Source: Gemmatimonadota bacterium (GTDB taxonomy: Bacteria > Gemmatimonadota > Gemmatimonadetes > Gemmatimonadales > Gemmatimonadaceae). Taken from it: a stretch of DNA of 64,000 nucleotides. The translations under genes were made by a program, and so were the position numbers. The DNA is taken from NCBI GenBank assembly GCA_031372565.1, contig JANMLN010000032.1, positions 1-64,000 of the forward strand, written 5' to 3'. Positions 40,488-48,881 of the stretch are shown here, piece by piece (positions within the stretch are counted from its first letter, which is position 1; every line of letters begins with the position of its first letter). The notes beneath the pieces are model-generated. The model saw only the letters and a list, made by a program, of their open reading frames with translations, did not search any database and was not told the DNA's origin.

Positions 40488-42185
40488 TCAGGCGAAGAGA
40501 CCGAGCGGATCGAAGCGGATGGCGGGGGTGCGCCGGGGTACATCGCGTTCGGCGGCGGCCGCGAGCCGCAGGAGAATATCCTCCCGCCACGCTCGCCCAA
40601 ACCCCTGCATGGAGATCGGGAGCGCGTTGGCGCCCGTGCCAACGGGAAAGCTGATCGCCGGGTGCCCGGTAAAGTTCTGAAGAAAGGCGAAGCGCATGAT
40701 CTCGGTGGCGGTCGACACGTCGCTCACGCCGAGCGCGCTGTCGGCGGCAATGAGCGGCGCGGTGAGGCCGGTGGCCGGCGTCAGGATGACATCGCAGTGC
40801 GCCAATGCGGCGTTCACATGCCGGATCGCGCGCGTGCGCACACGCTGCGCCATCACGTAATCGCTGCCCGTGAACCGCTGCGAGAGTGCGAGCACCGCGC
40901 GCGTCTCGGGGCCGAAGATCGCCCGGTTGGTGCCGACCTGCCGGTTGATGCTGCTCAGCGCCTCGGACGTGATGGTCACGAGATGCGCGACGCGCGCCGT
41001 TTCCAGCTCGGGGATCTCCACGTCGACGAGTGTCGCACCGCGCTTCACGAACTGCGCGAGTTGGGCGTCGCAGGCCTCCACGATCTCGCGCGACGCGTGC
41101 TGGAACCACGGGCGATACACGCCGAGGCGTACGTCGCGCAGGTCCTCCCGCTCGAGATCGGCGAACGCGACCGGCGGCGCGGCACACGAGTTGGGATCAT
41201 GGGCATCGGCCCCGGCCATCGCGGCGTAGCCGAGCAGTGCATCACGCGCGGTTGCGGCCAACGGGCCCAGGTAGGCGACGCTCCAGCAGAGCGGAGCTGC
41301 GCCGCGTTCGCTCACTCGGCCGAACGTGGCCTTGAGGCCCACGCCTCCGCAGAACGCGGCCGGAATGCGCACCGAGCCGCCACCGTCGGCCCCCACCGTG
41401 ATGGGCATGAGGCCCGCGCCCATGGCCGCGCCCGAGCCGCTGGATGAGCCGCCCGTGTGATACGCGGGGTTCATCGGGTTGCGCGGGGCACCGAAATGCG
41501 CATTCGTCCCGAACACCCCCATGCCGATCTCCTGCATCACCGTCTTGCCGATGACGATCGCCCCGGCGCGCCGGAGCCCGGCCACCGCTTCGCAGTCCTC
41601 GGTCGCCATGACGGGACCGAGCGCCTCGGTACCCACGCGCGTGCGGTAGCCCTTCACGTCGATTTCGTCCTTGGCCGTGACCGGCACGCCATCGAGCGGG
41701 CCGAGCGGCTTGCCAGCGGCCCAACGCGCCGCTGATGCCTTGGCCTGGGCCCGCACGTCGTCGGCCTCCAGCGCCACGAACGCCTTGAGCGGCGTCGGCC
41801 CCCGGTCGCTCTCGGCGATCATCGTGAGGAGGCGCTCCATCACCGCCACGGGGGTGGTGCGCGCCGACTGGTAGGCCGCCGCGTAATCGGCGACCGTCGC
41901 CGTCGCGAGTCCGGCCGGCTTGGCCCAGCCTTTCGTCCGCTCGAGCAGGCCAGCCAGATCGGCGCGCGCGCCGGGAGTGGCCGCCGGCCCATCGAACGCG
42001 CACGTCGGCATTCCGGTGGGCGCGTCGTCCACCGTGGCCGAACGGAGCGTGCCGATGCCGGCGTCGGCGAGCAGCTTGCCGCCGAGGAGGGCACCGCCGA
42101 TGCCACTCTCGATCACGCTCACGAGCGCCGAGAGTGCCCCCCCCGCCACGCGCGGCATCTTCACCGACTTCAGGTCGTACGTCAT
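40488..42185 (-). CDS. Amidase-signature enzyme, fatty acid amide hydrolase-like
   Basis: GPLDGVPVTAKD, GGSSSGS, GADGGGSVRIPA (Lys-Ser-Ser triad). Confidence 0.92.
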   Translation of the reverse strand: MTYDLKSVKMPRVAGGALSALVSVIESGIGGALLGGKLLADAGIGTLRSATVDDAPTGMPTCAFDGPAATPGARADLAGLLERTKGWAKPAGLATATVADYAAAYQSARTTPVAVMERLLTMIAESDRGPTPLKAFVALEADDVRAQAKASAARWAAGKPLGPLDGVPVTAKDEIDVKGYRTRVGTEALGPVMATEDCEAVAGLRRAGAIVIGKTVMQEIGMGVFGTNAHFGAPRNPMNPAYHTGGSSSGSGAAMGAGLMPITVGADGGGSVRIPAAFCGGVGLKATFGRVSERGAAPLCWSVAYLGPLAATARDALLGYAAMAGADAHDPNSCAAPPVAFADLEREDLRDVRLGVYRPWFQHASREIVEACDAQLAQFVKRGATLVDVEIPELETARVAHLVTITSEALSSINRQVGTNRAIFGPETRAVLALSQRFTGSDYVMAQRVRTRAIRHVNAALAHCDVILTPATGLTAPLIAADSALGVSDVSTATEIMRFAFLQNFTGHPAISFPVGTGANALPISMQGFGRAWREDILLRLAAAAERDVPRRTPAIRFDPLGLFA

Positions 42186-42983
42186 CTATTCGCCTCGGAA
42201 GGTGGGCGCGCGCTTCTGCATGAAGGCCTGCATCGCCTCGGCCACGTCGGCGGTGTTGAAGGCCACCTTGATGTTCGCCAGTTCGTGCTTGAGGTGCGTC
42301 ACGAGTGGTGTCTCACTGCTCGTGCGCAACAACCGCTTGGCCAGCGCCATCGCGATCGGTGCACCGCGCGCGAGCACATCGGCGTACGCGGCCACGTCGT
42401 CGGCAAAGGATTCCTCGTCGTAGGCGTGCGTGGCGAGGCCGATCTGGAGCGCTTCGGCGGCGTCGAGGTCGCGCGCGGTGAGAATCAGCTCGGTCGCGCG
42501 CGCATGGCCCACAAGTCGCGGAAGGAACCAGCTCACCCCCGCATCGGGTGAGAGGCCGCGCCGCACGTAGCCGGTCGTCAGCTTCGCGTTGGTCGACAGC
42601 AACCGGATGTCGCAGGCGAGCGCGAGGCCGAGGCCGGCGCCCGCGGCCGCACCGTGCATCGCCGCAATCACGGGCTTGTCGCACTCGGTCACCGCCAGCA
42701 CCCATTGCCCTACCCACGCGAGATCGTCGAGCCGCTCCGCGCGCGAGTTGGGGGTCGGACGCGCCGGGTCCTGCAGGTCCAGGCCCGCACAAAAGCCACG
42801 GCCCGCACCGGCGATCACCACCACGCGCACGGCGTCATCAGTCGCCGCTTCGGCCATCGCCAGCGGAAACTCGATGGCGAGCCGCGGGTTCACGGCGTTC
42901 AGCCGTTCCGGGCGATTGAGAATGATCGTCCGAACGCCGCGGTCGGTGTCGACCACGAGCAGGTGCTGGTACTCGGCGGCCAT
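42186..42983 (-). CDS. Crotonase-superfamily enoyl-CoA hydratase/isomerase (PaaG-like)
   Basis: LNRPERLNA, FCAGLDL, GAGLGLALACD, GLSPDAG, AFMQKRAP. Confidence 0.92.
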   Translation of the reverse strand: MAAEYQHLLVVDTDRGVRTIILNRPERLNAVNPRLAIEFPLAMAEAATDDAVRVVVIAGAGRGFCAGLDLQDPARPTPNSRAERLDDLAWVGQWVLAVTECDKPVIAAMHGAAAGAGLGLALACDIRLLSTNAKLTTGYVRRGLSPDAGVSWFLPRLVGHARATELILTARDLDAAEALQIGLATHAYDEESFADDVAAYADVLARGAPIAMALAKRLLRTSSETPLVTHLKHELANIKVAFNTADVAEAMQAFMQKRAPTFRGE

Positions 42984-43122
42984 CAGGCGTGAAACCTCGG
43001 GTATGAGAAATCGGTAGGACGACGGCAAGCTGTCACACGACCCGATAGCTTGCCTCCACGGCACCATCCAGCGCCAGTCCGGCGCGCTCGGTGCGCGTGC
43101 CACTCATCGAGGAGGACCACTC

Positions 43123-44838
43123 GTGAAGTCGCTTCTTCGCGCGACGCTGTTCGTGCTCGGCACGACCGCCGCGCTGCCCGCCCAGCAGTCGCAGGTGCCG
43201 CTGCCGCCGCCGCCGGCGGCCAAGCCGGCCAAGTTGAAGGCGCAGCCGACATCGGCCGCCATCACCGAGAAGGACCTGATGTCGCGGTTGTACGTGTATG
43301 CCGATGACTCGATGTCCGGCCGCGAGTTCGCCACCGAAGGCAACACGCGCGCAACAGCCTGGCTGGCCGAGCAGGTCAAGAAGATCGGCTTGGTCCCCAT
43401 GGGTGAGAACGGCACCTACTTCCAGACGCTCCCGGTCATCACGCGCTCGCTCGACACGACCGCGCCGCTCGCCACACCGGCGGGCGCGCTCACGTGGTGG
43501 ACCGATGCGCTGCCGCGCGACCAAGGGGCCGGCCAGCGTTCGCTGGATGGCGTTCCGGTGGTGTTTGGCGGCACGTGGGGTGAGCCCACGCTGCTGACCG
43601 ATGCCCAGGTCGCAGGCAAGGTGGTGGTCGTGCTCCCGAACGCGAAGCAGGCGCAGGGCACGCAGCTGCCCGGTGCCACGATCAATCGCGGGCTGGTGAA
43701 CCAGCGCTATCGGAGCGCTGCCGGCATCGTCGTGCCGAGTCTCGATCTGATTCCGGCTGAGCTCCGTGAAGGGCTCAAGCAGGGTGGCACGGAGATGAAG
43801 GACGGTGAAGCCGCTCCGCCGGTGGCCACGTTCATGTACGTGACGGCCGCGGTGGCGCAGCAGCTCTTCGGCCAGGCCGTGAGCGCGCTGCAACCCGGCG
43901 CTGTGGGCGGGGCGTTCATCGGCACGGCCAAGTACGCCGAGACACCCATTCCGAACCCGGCGCGCAACGTGATCGGGATGCTCGTCGGCTCGAATCCGAA
44001 GCTCAAGGGGCAGATCGTGGCGGTGGGCGCGCACAACGACCACGTCGGCGTGCACGGCCCCGCAGTCGATCACGACTCGCTCTACCTGCTCAACCGGCTG
44101 TTCCGCACCGGTGGTGCCGACGGACCGCCGCCGCGGCTCGACGCAGTGCAGGCCGCGCGCCTCAAGTCAGCCATCGACTCGGTGCGCAAGATCCGTCCGG
44201 CGCGGCTCGACTCGATCTTCAACGGCGCCGACGATGATGGCACCGGCACGGTGAGCGTGCTCGAGATTGCCGAAGCGATGGCGGCCATGAAGGTCAAGCC
44301 GGAACGTTCGATCCTGTTCGTGTGGCACACGGGCGAGGAGGCGGGGCTGTTCGGCTCGCAGTGGTTCACCGATCATCCGACCGTCTCGCGCGATTCGATC
44401 GTGGCGCAGATCAACATGGACATGGTCGGCCGCGGCGAAGCGTGGGACCTCGCCGAGGGGAAGCCGGGCTACGTGCAGGTCATCGGATCGCGTCGGCTCT
44501 CGACCGAGCTGGGCGATCTGGTGGAGAAGGTGAACACCGACAAGAAGCACAGCATGGCGTTTGACTACCAGTTCGACGCCAACGGGCATCCGCAGCAGTA
44601 CTACTGCCGTTCGGACCACTACATGTACGCCCGCTACGGCATTCCGGTGGCGTTCTTCAGCACCGGTGGCCACTCCGACTACCACCAGCAGACCGACGAG
44701 CCGCAGTACATCAACTACGGGCACATGGCGCAGGTGGGGAACTACGTGAAGGATCTGGTGATCACGCTGGCGAACCTGGATCACCGGATCGTGGTGGACA
44801 AGGCGAAGCCCGATCCGAAGGGGCAGTGCGTGCAGTAG
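43123..44838 (+). CDS. Secreted M28 peptidase with PA-like insert
   Basis: Signal peptide; GAHNDH, NGADDDGTG, GEEAG, NMDMVG, RSDH, DYH; GAGGAGG RBS. Confidence 0.92.
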   Translation: MKSLLRATLFVLGTTAALPAQQSQVPLPPPPAAKPAKLKAQPTSAAITEKDLMSRLYVYADDSMSGREFATEGNTRATAWLAEQVKKIGLVPMGENGTYFQTLPVITRSLDTTAPLATPAGALTWWTDALPRDQGAGQRSLDGVPVVFGGTWGEPTLLTDAQVAGKVVVVLPNAKQAQGTQLPGATINRGLVNQRYRSAAGIVVPSLDLIPAELREGLKQGGTEMKDGEAAPPVATFMYVTAAVAQQLFGQAVSALQPGAVGGAFIGTAKYAETPIPNPARNVIGMLVGSNPKLKGQIVAVGAHNDHVGVHGPAVDHDSLYLLNRLFRTGGADGPPPRLDAVQAARLKSAIDSVRKIRPARLDSIFNGADDDGTGTVSVLEIAEAMAAMKVKPERSILFVWHTGEEAGLFGSQWFTDHPTVSRDSIVAQINMDMVGRGEAWDLAEGKPGYVQVIGSRRLSTELGDLVEKVNTDKKHSMAFDYQFDANGHPQQYYCRSDHYMYARYGIPVAFFSTGGHSDYHQQTDEPQYINYGHMAQVGNYVKDLVITLANLDHRIVVDKAKPDPKGQCVQ

Positions 44839-44917
44839 GCTGCGCCTTGGCGGTCACAGAGAACTGCCAATGACGTTGGGGCCCGGACGCCAGCACTCGG
44901 CGTACGGGCCCCATTCC

Positions 44918-44958
44918 CTTCCTGTGGCTCCTCTGTGCGATCTCTGCGCCTCTGTGGG
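44918..44958. repeat. Short CTCTGYG iterated element between convergent genes
   Basis: cctgtggctc-ctctgtgcga-tctctgcgc-ctctgtgg; complementary CACAGAG at 44855-44861. Confidence 0.45.
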
Positions 44959-44964
44959 GCAGTG

Positions 44965-47169
44965 CTACCCCCGCTTCGTCCCCATCCGGTACAGCGGCAC
45001 CGCGATGAACGCCGCGAACGCCACAATCCCGAGGAGCGCGCTCTCCCCCAGCCCCCCCATCGCCTTCTGCATGTTGAACACGCCGTCCCAGCCCTTCACG
45101 GCCACGGCGGTGAGCAGCACACCGGTGATCGCCCCACCCGCAATCAGCCCCGACGAGAACAGGACGCCCGGCCCGGAGTCTGCGCCCGCATCCTCGTCGC
45201 CCTCGCGATGTCCGTTCTTCCGGTCCACGAGCCAGCGGATGCAGCCGCCCATGAACATCGTGGCACTGGTCGAGATCGGCAGATAGACCCCCACCGCGAT
45301 CGGCAACGAGTTGAGGCCGAGGATCTCCATCGCCACGGTGAGAAACGCACCAATCAGGATGAGCCCCCACGGCAGCTTCTGCGTCAGGATGCCATCCACC
45401 ACGAGCGCCATGATCTGCGACTTCGGGCTGTCGAGCTTGTCGACTTCCTTGCCGTCTGCCCCCACCCGCTCTCGTCCGCCAATGCCGGGATCGACCAGAT
45501 ACCTGATCTTGCCCGCATCGTCCACGAGGTAGCGCCCAGCGGGCGCTTCGCCCGTCGGTTCGTACAGGTGCCCCACGCGATACTCCTTGCCGTCGGCACC
45601 CGTGCGCGTGTCGGCGCCAATGGACGCCGCGGCAATCGTCACCGTCGGATAGTCGCGCACGACGATCGTCGTCTTCGCTTCGTTGAGGAAGGTGATGATC
45701 CCGCCGATCACGAGTGCACTCGTGGTCACGCCCGCGAACAATCCGATCTGCTGCCGCGCCGGCGTCGCGCCCACCAGGTAGCCCGTCTTCAGGTCCTGGC
45801 TCGTGGCCGCCGCCACCGCCGCCGCCACGCACACCACGCCGCCAATCGACAGCGCCAGTGCGCGGTGCTCGGGCCGCGTCCACCCGGCGGCATAGAACAG
45901 CAACGCCGTGAGCAGCACCGTCGCGACCGTCATGCCCGAGATCGGGTTGGCCGACGCGCCGATCTGCCCCGCCACGCGGCTCGACACCGTCACGAACAGG
46001 AACGCGAAGAACAAGGCCAGCAGCGCGCCCACGAAGTTGATGTGGATCTGCGGCAACGCGATCATCGCCACCACGCAGAGCAGGATCCCGCCCAGCACCA
46101 CCGACATCGGCAAGTCGCGCGCGGTCCGCGGCGTGGTGTCATCGCCCGCTGCTGCTCCGCGAAAACCGGCCAACCCCCGACTGAGTGCACCAACGATCGT
46201 CGGCAGCGACCGCACCAGCGAGACCAACCCCGCCGTCGTCACCGCCCCTGCGCCGATATAGAACACGTACGCGCCGCGTACCTCACCCGGCGTCATGTCC
46301 ACGATCTTCTTGGCCGCGAACAACGGCTCCGCCAACCCGGAGCCGAACAGCTTGATCACCGGGATCAGCACGAAGTACGACAGCATCCCGCCGGCAAACA
46401 GGTAGCCCGCGATCTTCGGGCCGATGATGTAGCCCACACCCGCAAGCTCCGGACTCACTTCCGCCGAGATCTGTCCAAAGAGCTCGGGCTTTCCACTCGG
46501 CGCGATCCGCTGGATGATCTTGGTCGGCACCTCGGTCCACAGGTGCACGCCGCCGTTCAGGAACTTGTAGAGCACGCCGAGCCCGAAGCCGCCGAACACC
46601 GTCTTGGCTTGCGTGCCCGCCGTTTCGCCGACGATCAGCACCTCGGCGCACGCGGTGCCCTCCGGGTACTTGAGCTGCTTGTGCTCCTTCACGATGAGCG
46701 AGTGGCGGAGCGGGATCATGAGCAGCACCCCCAGCAATCCGCCCACCATCCCCACCGCCGCCACGTTCCAGTACGGCAGTTCGTAGCCGAGCAGGAGCAG
46801 CGCCGGCAGCGTGAAGGCAATGCCCGCCGCGATCGACTCGCCCGCCGAGCCGGTGGTCTGCACGATGTTGTTGCGCAGGATCTGCGGGCCCGTGGCGCCC
46901 ATCGCCTTCTGCGCCCACTTGAAGATCGTGATCGACAGCACCGCGATCGGGATCGACGCGCTCACGGTGAGCGACACCTTGAGCGCGAGGTAGACACTCG
47001 ATGCCGCGAACAGGACGCCCAGTACCACACCGACGACGATCGCCCCGATCGTCAACTCGACGGGCGATTCGTCGGCGGGTATGAACGACTGGTGCCCGTC
47101 GTCCATCTCGTCCATGCGAGACGATTGCCGCGGCGTGAAGCGGACCTGCTGGGTTGGACGCTTGGACAT
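44965..47169 (-). CDS. OPT-family oligopeptide transporter
   Basis: YLALKVSLTVSASIP, NNIVQT, LKYPEGTACAEVL, NPISGM, QDLKTGYLVGATP; many TM helices. Confidence 0.95.
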   Translation of the reverse strand: MSKRPTQQVRFTPRQSSRMDEMDDGHQSFIPADESPVELTIGAIVVGVVLGVLFAASSVYLALKVSLTVSASIPIAVLSITIFKWAQKAMGATGPQILRNNIVQTTGSAGESIAAGIAFTLPALLLLGYELPYWNVAAVGMVGGLLGVLLMIPLRHSLIVKEHKQLKYPEGTACAEVLIVGETAGTQAKTVFGGFGLGVLYKFLNGGVHLWTEVPTKIIQRIAPSGKPELFGQISAEVSPELAGVGYIIGPKIAGYLFAGGMLSYFVLIPVIKLFGSGLAEPLFAAKKIVDMTPGEVRGAYVFYIGAGAVTTAGLVSLVRSLPTIVGALSRGLAGFRGAAAGDDTTPRTARDLPMSVVLGGILLCVVAMIALPQIHINFVGALLALFFAFLFVTVSSRVAGQIGASANPISGMTVATVLLTALLFYAAGWTRPEHRALALSIGGVVCVAAAVAAATSQDLKTGYLVGATPARQQIGLFAGVTTSALVIGGIITFLNEAKTTIVVRDYPTVTIAAASIGADTRTGADGKEYRVGHLYEPTGEAPAGRYLVDDAGKIRYLVDPGIGGRERVGADGKEVDKLDSPKSQIMALVVDGILTQKLPWGLILIGAFLTVAMEILGLNSLPIAVGVYLPISTSATMFMGGCIRWLVDRKNGHREGDEDAGADSGPGVLFSSGLIAGGAITGVLLTAVAVKGWDGVFNMQKAMGGLGESALLGIVAFAAFIAVPLYRMGTKRG

Positions 47170-47218
47170 TCCGACGATGGTCAGGGAAGCGGAGCGACGA
47201 GCCGGTGACGCGACGAGT

Positions 47219-48688
47219 TCACGGCTGCACGCGGCCACCGCCGCAGGCGAGGTCCACCGGCTTCTGCGCGGTGGACAGCATGGCCGGGCCCTGCTTCATG
47301 AGCGATTCGATCTCGGCGATCTCGCGAGGTGCGCGGGAGATCCACTCGACCCCCTTGTCGGTCACCACGTAGTCGTCCTCGATGCGTACGCCGATGTTCT
47401 TGTACTTGGCGTGCGCGCCCTTGATGGCGGCGATCAACGCCTTGTTGCCCGGCGTGTCGCTCAGGATGTCGAGCAGGTTCTCGCGCACGTAGATGCCCGG
47501 CTCGATCGTGAAGGCGCTCCCGGCCGCCAGCGTGCCGGTGAAGTAGTACTGGTCCGGGTCGTGCACTTCGAGCCCGATGCCGTGGCCGAGCCCGTGCATG
47601 TAATACAGCGAAAGCTGCGGGCACTTCCGCGAGCCGCAATCGTACGTGCCATCGGCGCTGGTCATCAGCCCGACGCGCGCGAGGCCGTCGGCCAGCGTCT
47701 TGCTCGCCGCCACGCTCATGTTGCGCGCCTGCGCACCCACCGTCGCTTCCTTCTCGGCGGCCGCCTGCGCGTCACGCACGATCTGGTAGATGTCGCGCTG
47801 CGCGGGGCTATACGTCCCGTTCACGGGCACCGTGCGGGTGACGTCGGCGGCGTAGCCGTCGAATGATGCGCCGATGTCCATCACCACCATGTCGCCCGCC
47901 TTCATCTGGCGGGTGTTGGCGTTGTAGTGCAGGATGGTCGAGTTCGGGCCCGAGCCCACGATCGTGCCGAAGGAGGGGCGGTCCGCACCGTTCCGTCGGA
48001 AGGTGTACTCGATGAGGCCCTGGATCTCGTACTCGCCCGCATCGGGGCGCACGGCGCGCATCGCCAGCTTCTGCGCGTCCACCGTCACGTCCACGGCGCG
48101 CCGGATGCAGGCGAGTTCCTCGACCGTCTTGGTGCCGCGCAACTGCTGCACGGCGCGCCCCGCGTCCGACACGGTCAGCGATGCGTTCTGCTTCTTGAGC
48201 GCGGTACCCAGCGCCTCGTCACCGATCACGAACCCCTTGGGCGCGACGGCAGCCAGCGAGTCGAGCACCTTGGCGAACTCCGTCACGGAGCGGCCGGTTG
48301 TGCCCGACTGCGCGCCGGCCTTGGCCGCTCCCGCGCGGTTGCCCGTCCAGACTTCGCGCGCCGGATTCTTGTCCTCGCTGAAGAGGAACTCGACCTGCGT
48401 GCTTCCCTGCTTGACGATGATCAACCTGGCCCCCGGCTCGCGAAAGCCGGTCAGGTAGTCGAAATCCGGCGTCTGCCAGAAGGAGAGGTAGTCCTCCTTC
48501 GGCTCCGTGGCGCCGCTCAGGACCAGCACGCCGTCGCCGAGCGCGTTCATGAGGCGTTGACGGCGCTTCACGAACTCGCCGGTAGCGGTTTGGGCCGCGG
48601 CAGCGCTCGGCGCGAGGGTGGCCGCGAGCGCGAGCAGGACAATCGATCGAAGCGGGTGGTTCACGGGTCGGGTGGGGTGAAGGCTCAC
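47219..48688 (-). CDS. pepP: Xaa-Pro aminopeptidase (M24B) with signal peptide
   Basis: FDYLTG, MDIGASFDGYAADVTRT, HGLGHGIG, TIEPG, RIEDD. Confidence 0.92.
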   Translation of the reverse strand: MSLHPTRPVNHPLRSIVLLALAATLAPSAAAAQTATGEFVKRRQRLMNALGDGVLVLSGATEPKEDYLSFWQTPDFDYLTGFREPGARLIIVKQGSTQVEFLFSEDKNPAREVWTGNRAGAAKAGAQSGTTGRSVTEFAKVLDSLAAVAPKGFVIGDEALGTALKKQNASLTVSDAGRAVQQLRGTKTVEELACIRRAVDVTVDAQKLAMRAVRPDAGEYEIQGLIEYTFRRNGADRPSFGTIVGSGPNSTILHYNANTRQMKAGDMVVMDIGASFDGYAADVTRTVPVNGTYSPAQRDIYQIVRDAQAAAEKEATVGAQARNMSVAASKTLADGLARVGLMTSADGTYDCGSRKCPQLSLYYMHGLGHGIGLEVHDPDQYYFTGTLAAGSAFTIEPGIYVRENLLDILSDTPGNKALIAAIKGAHAKYKNIGVRIEDDYVVTDKGVEWISRAPREIAEIESLMKQGPAMLSTAQKPVDLACGGGRVQP

Positions 48689-48881
48689 GTCCCGGCGCGG
48701 CCGACCGCCCCGGGAATGGGAGAGAAGGTACCGCGCGATGGGCTGGTCGGGCAGAAGGGAGACCAGCCAGACCAGTTTCGGGAACTGGTGTGCGCAGTCG
48801 GCCGCGGGTTGGTCGATTCCTCAACGCATCCCGCGTCCGTAGCGTAGGACGCGTGTCACCGGCCCACGCGGGCCGGATGCC

